A stretch of 64,000 bases of DNA from Rikenellaceae bacterium (GTDB lineage: Bacteria > Bacteroidota > Bacteroidia > Bacteroidales > Rikenellaceae): contig JAWXTG010000007.1 of assembly GCA_044433705.1 (NCBI GenBank), positions 1,707 to 65,706 on the forward strand, in the 5' to 3' direction. The notes beneath the pieces were generated by a model. It did no database searches. It was not told the origin of the DNA and saw only the letters and a program-made list of their open reading frames with translations. Made by a program: the position numbers and the translations under genes. Positions 28,829 through 40,147 of the stretch are shown in pieces (positions within the stretch are counted from its first letter, which is position 1; each line of letters opens with the position of its first letter).

Positions 28829-29425
28829 CTAACCGATATATGCCAAGATATGGTCATGGAGCTGCAAAATGGCTCCACAGACAAGGTCTGATTCTGTTAA
28901 TACCGAAGCTGTAAACACTTCACAATCAACGCTCTGCACGCATATATCAGCGACAAAATCAACCCCCTTACAACCCGCAAACTTATACAAAGCCTCCTTG
29001 ATAGACCAGAGTTGGGGCAGCAGTTTTTTGTCGTCCGAAATCAAAGCTTCAGAGGGCGAAACATAGCGCGAAGCCACCTTCTCAAAATTACGATCAAGAT
29101 TCTCTATGTCGACTGCACAGCGCTCGGGAGAGATGAGAACAGCGACGAGCGACGAACTATGCGAAACGCTTATATAGAGCTCAGAACCAGCGATTTGGGG
29201 CGCACCAACATCGTTATATGTAAATTGAGCAGCAGGATCATTTAACATCTCACGAGCAATTTTATGCCACGAAAAACGCTCACATAAGCGTTTTTGATTC
29301 AAATTTTCCTGCGTGAAATTGGCCGATAGGACCTCATCGAGCGAGCAGATTGGCGAGACCACCAACACGCCACCCGACGGCAGGTCGAGATGCAGAAGAT
29401 GATGTTGCAGCTGATTACTCATCAC
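28829..29425 (-). CDS. 4'-phosphopantetheinyl transferase (Sfp-type)
   Basis: G.P, ISVSHS, AVDIE, WSIKEALYK. Confidence 0.8.
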   Translation of the reverse strand: MMSNQLQHHLLHLDLPSGGVLVVSPICSLDEVLSANFTQENLNQKRLCERFSWHKIAREMLNDPAAQFTYNDVGAPQIAGSELYISVSHSSSLVAVLISPERCAVDIENLDRNFEKVASRYVSPSEALISDDKKLLPQLWSIKEALYKFAGCKGVDFVADICVQSVDCEVFTASVLTESDLVCGAILQLHDHILAYIG

Positions 29426-30710
29426 CCTTGATGGTCACCTTAATCTTATCAATACGGCGGCCGCTTTCGCCCCCCATCGAGTTGACCATCAGCTCAATAC
29501 CATGCGATAGGATCTTGTCACCGCGTTTTGGGATATTGCGTTTCACCTCGAGAATCAACCCCGCGAGGGTCTCCGCATTTCCACGAATATCAGAGAATGT
29601 ATCCTCTTCGAGCTCCAAAATACGCTCAAAATCGCCTATATGTGTCTTACCCTCAAAGAGATAGGTGTTGTCATCTATACGAGTGTAGTATCGCTCATCG
29701 ATATCGCTTTCGTCCGAAATCTCGCCCACAATCTCCTCGATAATATCCTCCAACGAGACCAGACCCAGCGTCGAACCATACTCGTCGACGACAATTGCCA
29801 AGTGAACCTTGCTCGATTGAAACTCCTCGAGCAGGTCGTTAATCATCTTATGCTCAGGGACAAAGTATGGTTTACGCATAAGTTTCTGCCACTCAAACTC
29901 CTCCTCGCGAATATGCGGCAAAAGATCCTTAACGTAGAGAACGCCTCTAATTTCATCAAGTGAATTTTCATAGATAGGAATACGCGAAAAGCCTGACTCC
30001 ATGATAGTTGACTTTACATTGGCGTAACTATCGTTGATGTTTATTGCCGTAATGTCAACACGCGAGTGCATAATCTCCTCGACCTCCGTATTTATAAAGT
30101 TGAGAATTCCCGAGAGCATCACCTTCTCCTCCTTGGTTGTGCTCTCCGTAAGATCCACAGCATCAGCCAGTTCGTCGAACGATATCTCGTTGTGACGCGC
30201 CGCATGGTTCGAAATGGAGGTTCCCGCCTTCATCAAAACCATCGAGAGCGGATAGAATATCGTGCGGAAAATTAACATTATGCGCGAAGAGAACTTTGCG
30301 AAACCGAGGGGATTAATCTGCGCCATCACCTTGGGAGCAATCTCGCCGAAGAGCAGCAGTACAAAGGTGACTACCACCGTTTTAATCACAAAATCGAGCC
30401 TGCCGAGAGCGAAGATTGTATCGATGATATTCGAGGTGACGATAACTATACAAATATTCACCAAATTATTGATTACCAATATAGTAGCCAGCAATAGGTC
30501 GACATTGCTAAGCAGCAGCAGGGTCGTAGATGCAGCTTGATCATTTTCGCCTTTCAACCTCTTTATGTCGTTGTGATTGAGCGAGAAGAACGCCGTCTCG
30601 GAGCCCGACACCACGGCCGACAAAAGTAGAAGAATTAGCGCCAAAACGCATAGCATTATGACATTGGATATTGAAAAAGTGTTGATGGTAATCTCTTCGA
30701 AAATATTCAC
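29415..30710 (-). CDS. gldE: GldE/CNNM-CBS-CorC hemolysin-family membrane protein
   Basis: SGSETAFFSL, FGEIAPK, FSRIPIY, VVDEYG...EDIIEEIVGEI.DE. Confidence 0.8.
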   Translation of the reverse strand: MNIFEEITINTFSISNVIMLCVLALILLLLSAVVSGSETAFFSLNHNDIKRLKGENDQAASTTLLLLSNVDLLLATILVINNLVNICIVIVTSNIIDTIFALGRLDFVIKTVVVTFVLLLFGEIAPKVMAQINPLGFAKFSSRIMLIFRTIFYPLSMVLMKAGTSISNHAARHNEISFDELADAVDLTESTTKEEKVMLSGILNFINTEVEEIMHSRVDITAININDSYANVKSTIMESGFSRIPIYENSLDEIRGVLYVKDLLPHIREEEFEWQKLMRKPYFVPEHKMINDLLEEFQSSKVHLAIVVDEYGSTLGLVSLEDIIEEIVGEISDESDIDERYYTRIDDNTYLFEGKTHIGDFERILELEEDTFSDIRGNAETLAGLILEVKRNIPKRGDKILSHGIELMVNSMGGESGRRIDKIKVTIKGDE

Positions 30711-30758
30711 GAATTTTTGGTTTAGTTAATACTCTTGCAGTTGATAAAATGCTATTAA

Positions 30759-32063
30759 TTAAGAGAATAGCACTGCATCATCTGTATTTTTTGGCTCTGT
30801 GCTGTTCTCTTTCAGCACCTCCTTTTTGTTGTTCTGACCCGCCACAATCAGCTCCACTTTGCGAGTTTTGTAGGCTGGCTGCTTGGCGATCTGATCGATG
30901 TTAGCATACTTCGATTTCTTGCTTCCGAGCACCACCTGACGCGCCTGCGCAGGCTGTGGCACAGCTGCAGGGGCAGGGATCTCTGGCTGCTCCTCGATCT
31001 GCGGCGCTACTTCGAAACCGCCGTTCTCCTTGGCATGCTCCAGGATGTCGACCTCCTCTAATTTGGTGTCGCTGAATCCCGTTGCCACCACCACCAATTC
31101 GAGCGTATCGCCCAAAGAGGCCTTGGTGCTGGTACCCCAAATCATATTTGCCGTGTGACGCTTGCCCGTCGCATCCTGCACTGCCGCATGCGACTGAATA
31201 AATGTCAAAATCGTATCTAACTCACTCACTGACAATCCGTTCTCCACCGAAGTAACGAAGTTAACAAGGATATTTTTTGCCCCCGAAATAAGGTTCTGAT
31301 CCAACAGAGGCGAGGTGAGCGACAATTTCGCGGCAACCGCAGCGCGATCCTCGCCAGCCGCCGAAGCCACACTCATGTGGGCAGTTCCGCTCCCCGTCAT
31401 CACTCGGCGAACATCGGCAAAGTCGACGTTAACCAGGTCACTCTTCACGGTGATGATCTCGGCGATACCCTTGGCCGCCGAGCACAAGATGTCATCTGCC
31501 TTGCGGAAAGCGTCGACCAGCGACAAACTTTTATATTGAGTGATTATATTATCATTATTTATAATAAGCAGTGAGTCAACATGTTGGCGCAGCTTCTGAA
31601 TACCTTCAACCGCCTGCATAAAGCGGTCGCTGCCCTCCACCGAGAGCGGCGAAGTGACGATGGCAACAGTCAAAATACCCTCCTCCTTGGCCATCTTCGC
31701 AATCACGGGCGAGGCTCCCGTACCAGTGCCACCACCCATTCCAGCGGTGATGAATAACATCTTGGTATTCGAGGCTTTAAGGCGGCTTTTGATCGCCTCG
31801 AGGCTCTCGATTGCAGCCATGCGACCAACCTCGGGGTTGCTTCCTGCACCCAGACCGTCGCTACCCAATTTGATCTTATTTTCGATTGGATTTTTGTCGA
31901 GCGACTGCTGATCTGTATTGCAAACCATAAACTCAACACCCTCGATACCAAGCTCATACATATGTTTAACGGCGTTACCTCCCGCGCCGCCAACTCCAGC
32001 AACCATTATTATTGACTCGGTGCCGCGATCGACACTCAAAGCTCCCATTATATCATCATTCAT
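30759..32063 (-). CDS. ftsZ: Cell division protein FtsZ
   Basis: GVGGAGGNAV, GMGGGTGTG, NVDFADV. Confidence 0.96.
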   Translation of the reverse strand: MNDDIMGALSVDRGTESIIMVAGVGGAGGNAVKHMYELGIEGVEFMVCNTDQQSLDKNPIENKIKLGSDGLGAGSNPEVGRMAAIESLEAIKSRLKASNTKMLFITAGMGGGTGTGASPVIAKMAKEEGILTVAIVTSPLSVEGSDRFMQAVEGIQKLRQHVDSLLIINNDNIITQYKSLSLVDAFRKADDILCSAAKGIAEIITVKSDLVNVDFADVRRVMTGSGTAHMSVASAAGEDRAAVAAKLSLTSPLLDQNLISGAKNILVNFVTSVENGLSVSELDTILTFIQSHAAVQDATGKRHTANMIWGTSTKASLGDTLELVVVATGFSDTKLEEVDILEHAKENGGFEVAPQIEEQPEIPAPAAVPQPAQARQVVLGSKKSKYANIDQIAKQPAYKTRKVELIVAGQNNKKEVLKENSTEPKNTDDAVLFS

Positions 32064-32111
32064 AATCTTACAATTCTTATATTATTTCTCTTTTTGAGCG
32101 TGGAAATCGGC

Positions 32112-33800
32112 TTACACCTCCTCCTCCTCATCGACATCGAAGTGGTTGTTTACGCTCTTAACCAGCTTGTTAGCACCCTGTGCGAACGAACTAAAGAGTT
32201 TCAACACTCTGCGCTTAGGCTGCGCAGGTGCAGGTTCCGCCTCCTTTTTCTTCTCTGGCACTGGCGGCACCACGGGTGGTTCCTCTTCTGTATCTTTCTT
32301 CACCTCAGGCACTTGCATAGAGCCATTAGTGTTATTTATCGAGACGGGAGCCACTCCACCCTCGACCGCTCCTGGCTTAGGTGTCGGCGCTTGCGGTTGT
32401 GGCACAACAGGCTGCGGCACAACAGGTTGCGGCGTTGGTGTTGGCCGAGGCACTGGCGTAGGCGTAGGCGGTGTATATGGCGGTGGCACAACAACTTTAG
32501 GCTTAGGCTCAACAGGTACGATCGGCTGCACAGGCACTTCAGGCGTTGGTACCTGAGGCGGCACAACAACGGGCGCAACAACGACGGGTGCCACAACAGG
32601 CTCCTCGACGGGCGGCACAAACTTTGGCTCACCAATTCTAACGGCACAAGGGCCATACTTCATACCGTGGAGCAGCAGTCCAACAACCGTAGAGTCGGCC
32701 GACGAAGTAATTTTCGTGCGCGTCGAAGGCGAGATAACATCCTCAGCCTCAGCCACACGAACCTCGAGACCAGTCACCTCTCGGAAGAGCTCATCGAGGC
32801 AACGCAACTGCGCCGAACCTCCCGTGAGCACAATGCCGTAGGGCACCTTGTCGGCAAAGCCAGACTCAGCTATATCCTTGCTAACCAGCTCGGCGATGTC
32901 GCGCGCACGAGCCTCGATCACCGCAGCGAGGTTGTATAGGGCGATCTCACGCTGGTCGTGTTTCGAGCGCCCCTTGATCACCACGGTGATATCTTGCGGA
33001 GCATTTTTGGCCAAAGCGCGACCATATTTCAATTTGAGCGGTTCGATATATCGCTCAGGTATCGTCAGGGTTCGAATGTCGTTGTTGAACGACTTCGCGC
33101 CGATGGGAATCGTCGATATGTATCGCACAACATTGCGGTGATATATCGAGATATCAGTAAGTTCGCCACCGATATCAATCACAACAACGCCCTCCTCCTT
33201 CTCGTCGGGAGATAGCACAGCGTCACCCACCACAACGGCGTTGGAGAAGGTGCGACGGGGGATGATATCGAGTCGGCGCAGCGCCATGTCGATACGACTC
33301 AAGGGGATGTTATCCGACGAAATAAAGTTGAACGTCGAGCTCAAAGGGCTACCAAAAACGCCCACAGGATTATCCACCTCGGTGGTGTCGTTGATCACAT
33401 AACGTTGCGGAATTCGCTCCATGATGTAGCGATCCTCCGAAACCAAAACGTTGCCCATGCGCTCGAAAAGTGCATCGACAACTTGCTGAGTAACACCGTT
33501 TTTGTGATCTGGCACAAAGACGTGGTCGGTGTGGCTCGTGCAATATATAAACTCACCCGAGATACCCGCATAGGCCTCCAGCACCTCGAGCCCCGTTATG
33601 TCGCGGAGCTCGGCAAGGGCCCCCTTTATGGTCTTGACAGCCAGGTCGATATTCATAATTTGACCTGCGCTAACCCCCTCCGAGGGGCGCGAAAGGATGT
33701 GGTCGATGTTAATTCGACCACCATCGGCTGCAGAGCCCACAGCCACAACAATATTTGAATCGCCTAAGTCTATGGCTACTATATAATCTTTATTCTCCAC
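32112..33800 (-). CDS. ftsA: Cell division protein FtsA with long Pro/Val-rich C-terminal linker
   Basis: AIDLG, E.EEGV..IDIGG, IEAR, GIVLTGGSAQL; synteny. Confidence 0.88.
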   Translation of the reverse strand: MENKDYIVAIDLGDSNIVVAVGSAADGGRINIDHILSRPSEGVSAGQIMNIDLAVKTIKGALAELRDITGLEVLEAYAGISGEFIYCTSHTDHVFVPDHKNGVTQQVVDALFERMGNVLVSEDRYIMERIPQRYVINDTTEVDNPVGVFGSPLSSTFNFISSDNIPLSRIDMALRRLDIIPRRTFSNAVVVGDAVLSPDEKEEGVVVIDIGGELTDISIYHRNVVRYISTIPIGAKSFNNDIRTLTIPERYIEPLKLKYGRALAKNAPQDITVVIKGRSKHDQREIALYNLAAVIEARARDIAELVSKDIAESGFADKVPYGIVLTGGSAQLRCLDELFREVTGLEVRVAEAEDVISPSTRTKITSSADSTVVGLLLHGMKYGPCAVRIGEPKFVPPVEEPVVAPVVVAPVVVPPQVPTPEVPVQPIVPVEPKPKVVVPPPYTPPTPTPVPRPTPTPQPVVPQPVVPQPQAPTPKPGAVEGGVAPVSINNTNGSMQVPEVKKDTEEEPPVVPPVPEKKKEAEPAPAQPKRRVLKLFSSFAQGANKLVKSVNNHFDVDEEEEV

Positions 33801-33815
33801 AAGGCTACAAATTTC

Positions 33816-34910
33816 TTATTTACAAACTACTTGATTTTTGTATTCGACATTGATACTCTTGAACTTGTGCCACCCCTCGGTGGGCAAAACCTCCTGATAG
33901 AAGGTTTTGGCGTTATCGAGCTTCTCGCGCACATCGTGCAGTGTGCCAAACATTATGGTGTGGTCACCGCTACGGGGGATAAGCTCGAGCCGAAGATCGT
34001 TATTTGTCGACTCAGTGGCAACAATTTGAACAATCTCAGAGCTCCAGAATTTATCATTTTCTACTACATTTACAAAGGTAATGAGATTTATGAAATCTTT
34101 ATACTTTTTTTTCAATTTTTTTTCTCTTTCCGCATAAACTTTTTGTTTACGCTGCTCGCGCTCGATGGCAAGGTCGTTGTCGTGGCTCCTGCGAACGAGC
34201 TCTGCACGCTCGACGCTATTGAGTTTTTTGAGATCGTCGACGCGCTTATCGAAGGCTTTGCGCCCCTCGCCAAAACGGCGATTGATAAATCTCGAATTGA
34301 CCTCCTTAAGCTGCTCGCGGATCTTAACTCGCTCGGCGTAGAGCGGATAAATATTCTTCACCTCGATTCTTCTCATTTCAGCCTCAAGTTCCTCTTTCTG
34401 AGAGGTGTAGACATCGTGTATATTCCCCGCGAAACCCGCCCTGAACAGCGGCGTATAGCTTCCCGTCACCACGGGTGTGTAGCGCGAAGATGCTGGTGGG
34501 CGACCAAAAATATCGCCATCGGCAGTGATGTAGGAGTTGTAGCCATCGAGCAGGATGCGGATCACGGGGCGCAACTGAGTCACCTCGACGTGGAGCGCAC
34601 CCGTGTAGGTGGTGAAACACCTCACCTCATCGACAAAACCATTTGAAGCTATATAGTACTCTAAATCTGCAAGTTGCACTGAATCAACCTTAGCTCCAAC
34701 GCTTCTAATTTTACTCTGATCGATCCACTTTTCGACCATCGCATGTGTGACCAAATTTGCTACGGTGCTGCTATCGACAATCTTGATCTCGACGCTCTCG
34801 ACGACCCGTCCCGCGCGCTGTTTGCGCACCGAATAGGCGGCAAAAATCACATATGCCGCAATGCCTAACCACACCATTGTGAGGAGTGTATATTTGAGCC
34901 ACCTCTTCAT
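33816..34910 (-). CDS. ftsQ: Cell division protein FtsQ-like, with charged helical insertion
   Basis: N-terminal TM, POTRA-like region, DKFWSSEIVQI, ELIPRSG, Y.NQVVC; position between murC and ftsA. Confidence 0.8.
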   Translation of the reverse strand: MKRWLKYTLLTMVWLGIAAYVIFAAYSVRKQRAGRVVESVEIKIVDSSTVANLVTHAMVEKWIDQSKIRSVGAKVDSVQLADLEYYIASNGFVDEVRCFTTYTGALHVEVTQLRPVIRILLDGYNSYITADGDIFGRPPASSRYTPVVTGSYTPLFRAGFAGNIHDVYTSQKEELEAEMRRIEVKNIYPLYAERVKIREQLKEVNSRFINRRFGEGRKAFDKRVDDLKKLNSVERAELVRRSHDNDLAIEREQRKQKVYAEREKKLKKKYKDFINLITFVNVVENDKFWSSEIVQIVATESTNNDLRLELIPRSGDHTIMFGTLHDVREKLDNAKTFYQEVLPTEGWHKFKSINVEYKNQVVCK

Positions 34911-34916
34911 CTTCTC

Positions 34917-36299
34917 TTATGCTCTACTATTCAATAATTCGGCCAAAGGCGCACAGCAACAGTTGATATTTCCAGCGCCAAAAGTAATCACAACATCACT
35001 CTGCAGCGAGGCGATATGCTCGACCAAAGAGTCGCGTTCGACCACCTGGCAAGGCACCGAAACGTGACGCCCAATCATCTCTGCATCAACCCCTTCAATA
35101 GGCAATTCGCGAGCGGGATATATCGGCAAAAGGATCACCCGATCTGCCAGCGACAGAGCCGCCGCGAACTCCTTGTGCAGATCCTTCGTGCGGCTGTAGA
35201 GGTGTGGCTGGAAGATGGCCAGCACCTCGCGCCCAGGCAACATCGCACGCACGGAGCTCAGTGCCGCCTCAATCTCGCGCGGATGGTGCGCGTAGTCATC
35301 CATGTAGACCTGTTTTGGCGTGTTGACGTAAAACTCAAAACGGCGCTTAACACCACTAAATGAGGCCAGCGCTGAGCGGATTTTATCGTGATTGAGTTGG
35401 CGCCCATCATGACGCGCAGCACACCATAACGACGCCACCGCAGCCACACTATTTTCGAGGTTGACCCACCCAGGAATACCCAGACGACACCCCTCGATAA
35501 TTGAGTCGGGAGTGACAATATCGTAGCGATAAAGCGCGCCATCCATCAACTCGACATTGGTTGCGTAGAAGTCAGCTTTCGCGTCGTAGCTATACCTATA
35601 AACATCTATCTGAGAGTTATTTATCGCTACGTCTACGCCCGCCTTCAGGATCAACGAACCGCCCGCTTTGATCAGATCAATGAATTGCGAAAAGGCATCT
35701 TTGACCGCCTCGTGCGTGCCATAAATATCTAGGTGGTCGGCATCCACCGAGGTGACAACAGCCACGTCGGGACGCAGTCGCAGAAACGAGCGATCAAACT
35801 CATCGGCCTCGACCGTTAAGCGCTGACCCTCGCCCAAAACAAGGTTCGAATCGAAGTTCTTCGAGATGCCTCCGAGCACCGCCGAACCCTGCTCCTCTGC
35901 CGCCGAATTTAGCCACGCAATGAGCGTCGATGTGGAGGTCTTACCGTGGGTTCCAGCAACGGCCATCACATATTTTCCATCGGACAATAGGCCCAACATC
36001 TGCGAGCGCTTGACTACCTCGAAACCATTGTTTACGAAGTAGTTATACTCGCTATGATCGGCAGGAATCGCAGGTGTATAGATCACCGAAGTTGCGCTTT
36101 TATCCAAAAAATGAGGCGCAATCAGGTCGACCGAATCGGCGTAATGGATCTCCGCCCCCTCGCTCTCCAACCGCTCGGTGAGCGGAGTTTGCGTGCGGTC
36201 ATATCCACCAACGCGATAGCCCTCATGAATAAATAGGCGAGCCAAGGCGCTCATTCCAATGCCTCCGATGCCAATAAAATATATATTTTTCTGCTTCAT
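34917..36299 (-). CDS. murC: UDP-N-acetylmuramate--L-alanine ligase
   Basis: GIGGIGMSALA, AGTHGKTST, EADEFDRSF, DDYAHHP. Confidence 0.96.
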   Translation of the reverse strand: MKQKNIYFIGIGGIGMSALARLFIHEGYRVGGYDRTQTPLTERLESEGAEIHYADSVDLIAPHFLDKSATSVIYTPAIPADHSEYNYFVNNGFEVVKRSQMLGLLSDGKYVMAVAGTHGKTSTSTLIAWLNSAAEEQGSAVLGGISKNFDSNLVLGEGQRLTVEADEFDRSFLRLRPDVAVVTSVDADHLDIYGTHEAVKDAFSQFIDLIKAGGSLILKAGVDVAINNSQIDVYRYSYDAKADFYATNVELMDGALYRYDIVTPDSIIEGCRLGIPGWVNLENSVAAVASLWCAARHDGRQLNHDKIRSALASFSGVKRRFEFYVNTPKQVYMDDYAHHPREIEAALSSVRAMLPGREVLAIFQPHLYSRTKDLHKEFAAALSLADRVILLPIYPARELPIEGVDAEMIGRHVSVPCQVVERDSLVEHIASLQSDVVITFGAGNINCCCAPLAELLNSRA

Positions 36300-37399
36300 T
36301 ACCCTATAATTTTTGTTGCGATATTAACAATGTCAGTAGCAGCATTTGGCGTAGCTAAAGCCTTTGCTTTCTGCTGAATAGCTCTCAACTCCTTGGGTCG
36401 CCCCACCAGGTCAATCGCACTCTCGAGGCAGACCCCAACAGCGTCGATATCGGCAACCATCAAGGCCGCTCCCACGTCGCTCAGCGCCTTTGCGTTGCAG
36501 GTCTGATGATCCTCGGCAACATTTGGCGAAGGAACAAAAATTGTAGCCTTGCCCAGTAGACACAGCTCCGAAACTGTGCAGGCGCCGCTACGGCTAATCA
36601 CCACTGCAGCAGCCTCATAGGCCAAATCCATTCTCTCAATAAATGCTCCGCGCCAGATACCCTCCATCGAGTGCTCTTCGGCGAAGCGCTCCATCTCTCG
36701 CTCGTAGAACTTGCCCGTCTGCCAGATCACCTGCACGGGGCGCCCAGAGGGGTTGTCGGCGATCCATCGCTTCATCACCTCGTTGAGCGTTCTGGTACCC
36801 AATGAGCCTCCAACTATCAGAACCACAGGCGTTTTATCATCCAGTCCGAAGTACTCTAGCGCCTCCTTGTGGTCCACCTCGGCCTTGCCCAATGAGCCAC
36901 GCAGGGGGTTACCCGTCAAGGTCACCTCGGCAGAGGGAAAGAAACGCTCCATTCCGCTGTAAGCCACGCATATATGCTTAGCGCGCTTAGCTAAAATCTT
37001 GTTGGTCAACCCTGCAAAAGAGTTCTGCTCCTGGATCATCGTAGGGATACCAAGCTTCTGAGCGGCCCACAAAACGGGCGCCGAGGCGTAGCCACCAAAT
37101 CCAATCACAAGGTCGGCTTCGAACTCCTTGATCACCTTTTTGGCCTTGGCGATGCTCTTCATCAATTTGAACGGCACCTCGATGTTGTGCCAATCGAATC
37201 GGCGTTGAATTCCCGCGATGGGCAGCCCCACGATCTTGTATCCGAGAGCGGGTATTTTTTGCATCTCCATGCGTCCCTCAGCCCCCACGAAGAGGATCTC
37301 CACCTGATGGCCATAGTGAGCCATAAGTACCTCAGCCACAGCCACAGCAGGATATATATGGCCACCAGTGCCACCTCCAGAAACTATAATTTTTTTCAT
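36299..37399 (-). CDS. murG: Undecaprenyl-PP-MurNAc-pentapeptide GlcNAc transferase
   Basis: SGGGTGGHIYPA, QEQNS, GGSLG, EDHQTCNA. Confidence 0.96.
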   Translation of the reverse strand: MKKIIVSGGGTGGHIYPAVAVAEVLMAHYGHQVEILFVGAEGRMEMQKIPALGYKIVGLPIAGIQRRFDWHNIEVPFKLMKSIAKAKKVIKEFEADLVIGFGGYASAPVLWAAQKLGIPTMIQEQNSFAGLTNKILAKRAKHICVAYSGMERFFPSAEVTLTGNPLRGSLGKAEVDHKEALEYFGLDDKTPVVLIVGGSLGTRTLNEVMKRWIADNPSGRPVQVIWQTGKFYEREMERFAEEHSMEGIWRGAFIERMDLAYEAAAVVISRSGACTVSELCLLGKATIFVPSPNVAEDHQTCNAKALSDVGAALMVADIDAVGVCLESAIDLVGRPKELRAIQQKAKALATPNAATDIVNIATKIIG

Positions 37400-37428
37400 C
37401 TTTTCTTCTCTTTAATTTTTAATCCCCC

Positions 37429-38676
37429 CTAACGCATCTTAAGCGTAGCGATAGTCAACGCCGAAAGGAGTATCGAGATGATGCAGAATCGCATCACGAT
37501 TTTGGTCTCGAAGTATCCTCGTTTTTGGTAGTGGTGGTGGAGCGGCGACATCAGGAATATGCGTCGTCCCTCGCCCGTTTTTCGTTTTGTATACTTAAAG
37601 TAGCTCACCTGTATCATCACCGAGAGCGCCTCGATTAGGAATATTCCGCAGAGCAGCGGCAGCAGCAGCTCCTTGCGGATGCAGATAGCAAACACCGCGA
37701 TGATTCCGCCCACGGCCAGCGACCCCGTATCACCCATAAAGATCTGTGCGGGGTAGGTGTTGTACCACAAAAATCCGATCAGCGCACCGCATAGCGCCGC
37801 CGCAAATACTACGAGCTCACCACTTTGCGGGATGTACATTATATTGAGGTAGTCGGCGTAAACCAAGTTGCCCGAGAGGTAGGCAAAGACGCCCAGCACC
37901 GCCACAATCGGGATCGAGACACCCGTCATCAGGCCATCGAGCCCGTCGGTGAGGTTGGCTCCGTTGGAGACCGCAGTCACCACGAAGATCGACAGCAGCA
38001 CATAAATCAGCAGCGTTACAAGGCTATTGCCGCCACCTATTCGGCGGTAATCCAGCACATTATCCTTGATAAAGGGGATCGTGGTGCTCGAGGCCTTGTG
38101 CTCCTCTCCGTCGAACGACACTCGATATTGGGTGATGGTTTGGCTCTCGCCATCCGAACCCACAAAAGTTGTCTCGATAGGCGTTTTTGTGGTGTCGCGC
38201 ACAACAATATCAGCTGAGTACCACATTGTTAGGCCGACGATCAGGCCCAAGCCCACCTGGCCAATTATCTTAAAGTAGCCGTGCAGTCCATCCTTATCGC
38301 CGCGAAAAACCTTGATGTAATCATCCATAAATCCAAGCGCGCCAAGCCAAACTGTCGAGGCGATAAGCAGCTGCACATATATATTATCGAGGCGTCCGAA
38401 GAGAAACGTCGGGATGAGAATGGCCAAAAGGATGATGACACCACCCATAGTCGGGGTCCCCTTTTTCGAGAGTTGGCCCTCGAGCCCAAGGTCGCGAACC
38501 TCCTCGCCGATCTGCAATTTTTGCAGTAGGCGGATGATGCGCTTACCCGCAAAGATAATGATAATCAGCGCGGTAACAATCGCTGCAAGCGAACGGAATG
38601 AGATATATTGAAACATTCCCGCTCCTGGCAGGTCGACTCCGACACTCTCTAAATAGTTGAATAAATGGTAAAACAT
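37429..38676 (-). CDS. mraY: Phospho-N-acetylmuramoyl-pentapeptide transferase
   Basis: [36 protein letters not shown]. Confidence 0.96.
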   Translation of the reverse strand: MFYHLFNYLESVGVDLPGAGMFQYISFRSLAAIVTALIIIIFAGKRIIRLLQKLQIGEEVRDLGLEGQLSKKGTPTMGGVIILLAILIPTFLFGRLDNIYVQLLIASTVWLGALGFMDDYIKVFRGDKDGLHGYFKIIGQVGLGLIVGLTMWYSADIVVRDTTKTPIETTFVGSDGESQTITQYRVSFDGEEHKASSTTIPFIKDNVLDYRRIGGGNSLVTLLIYVLLSIFVVTAVSNGANLTDGLDGLMTGVSIPIVAVLGVFAYLSGNLVYADYLNIMYIPQSGELVVFAAALCGALIGFLWYNTYPAQIFMGDTGSLAVGGIIAVFAICIRKELLLPLLCGIFLIEALSVMIQVSYFKYTKRKTGEGRRIFLMSPLHHHYQKRGYFETKIVMRFCIISILLSALTIATLKMR

Positions 38677-38691
38677 TGCTATATAATTTTC

Positions 38692-40143
38692 TTATTTTTT
38701 AAACATCTCCTGCACCACCTCATGGTCGTCGAAGTGGATTTTTTCTTGACCAATAATCTGGTATTTCTCGTGTCCCTTGCCCGCTATGAGCACCACGTCG
38801 CCCGCCTTAGCGAACATCAGCGCGGTACGAATGGCCTCCCGACGATCCACGATCGAGAGGTAGCGCACCGCAGAGTTGGTGACCCCACCCACCATCTGGC
38901 GGATGATCTCCTGCGGATCTTCGCTGCGCGGGTTGTCCGAGGTGAAGATCGACAATGAGGCGTGCGAAGAGGCAATTTTTGCCATCTCGGGACGCTTCTG
39001 CTCGTCGCGATCGCCGCCGCATCCGCACACTACAATAAGCTGCTGCTCAGGCGATATAATCTCCTCGATTGTGTTGATCACACTCTCCAGCGCATCGGGC
39101 GTATGGGCGTAGTCGATTATCGCCGTAACGCCATTGGGGAGCTTGATGGTCTCGAAGCGCCCGCAGACAGCTCTCAGCGAACTGAGTGCCACTAGAGTCT
39201 CACTCTGCGCCACGCCCAAGAGTCGAGCTATAGCGTAGATTGCCAACATGTTATATGCGTTGAAACGCCCCGTCGACCCTACCCAAATCTCCTCACCATC
39301 GAGGCGCAGCAACATGGCGTCGAGGTGCATCTCGATGATCTTCGCCTTGAACTGAGCCATCGAGCGCAGTGAGTAGCTATGCTTCGACGCCTTGCAGTTC
39401 TGCAGCATCACTTCGCCGTTGCGGTCGTCGATGTTGGTGAGGGCAAATGCCGACGTCTCGAGCGAGTCGAAAAGCCCCTTTTTAGCCTTTATATACTCGG
39501 CAAAAGTGTGGTGATAGTCCAGATGATCGTGGGTAATATTGCTAAACATAGCACCCGCAAAGCGCAGACCAGCAATACGTTGCTGCACAACAGCATGCGA
39601 CGAAACCTCCATAAAGCAGTAGTCGCAACCGCGATCAACCATCTCGCGCAACATGGCGTGGATCCTCACCGAATCGGGTGTGGTGTGGGTCGACTCTCGG
39701 CGCTCATCGTCGATGCAGTAGCAGACCGTCGAGATCAAACCTACGCGATAACCTAACGAGCGAAATAGGTCGTAGAGCAGCGTTGCCGTGGTGGTTTTGC
39801 CGTTTGTCCCCGTGATGCCGACCAGCTGCAGAGCGTGGCTGGGATTGTCGTAGAGCGCTGCGGCCATCATGCCCAACGTCGCGTGGCTATCCTCCACCAC
39901 GATGTAGCTCACCTCGGGGTGCACAACTTCGGGAAGTCGCTCACAGACAATCGCTTGCGCGCCACCCCCAATTGCTCGTTCGATAAATGAGTGTCCATCG
40001 CTCTGCGTACCCACAAGCGCAAAGAAGCAGCTACCTGCCCCCGCTGTGCGCGAGTCGTAGACCAGTGAATCGACCTGGATTGTGCGATCACCGACCCACT
40101 TAATATATTTTATATCTTTTAAAAGAGTCTCTATTTTTTTCAT
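38692..40143 (-). CDS. murE: UDP-MurNAc-tripeptide synthetase (meso-DAP-adding)
   Basis: GTNGKTT, MEVSSH, DYAHTPDA, DNPR, AGKGHE. Confidence 0.96.
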   Translation of the reverse strand: MKKIETLLKDIKYIKWVGDRTIQVDSLVYDSRTAGAGSCFFALVGTQSDGHSFIERAIGGGAQAIVCERLPEVVHPEVSYIVVEDSHATLGMMAAALYDNPSHALQLVGITGTNGKTTTATLLYDLFRSLGYRVGLISTVCYCIDDERRESTHTTPDSVRIHAMLREMVDRGCDYCFMEVSSHAVVQQRIAGLRFAGAMFSNITHDHLDYHHTFAEYIKAKKGLFDSLETSAFALTNIDDRNGEVMLQNCKASKHSYSLRSMAQFKAKIIEMHLDAMLLRLDGEEIWVGSTGRFNAYNMLAIYAIARLLGVAQSETLVALSSLRAVCGRFETIKLPNGVTAIIDYAHTPDALESVINTIEEIISPEQQLIVVCGCGGDRDEQKRPEMAKIASSHASLSIFTSDNPRSEDPQEIIRQMVGGVTNSAVRYLSIVDRREAIRTALMFAKAGDVVLIAGKGHEKYQIIGQEKIHFDDHEVVQEMFKK

Positions 40144-40147
40144 AACT

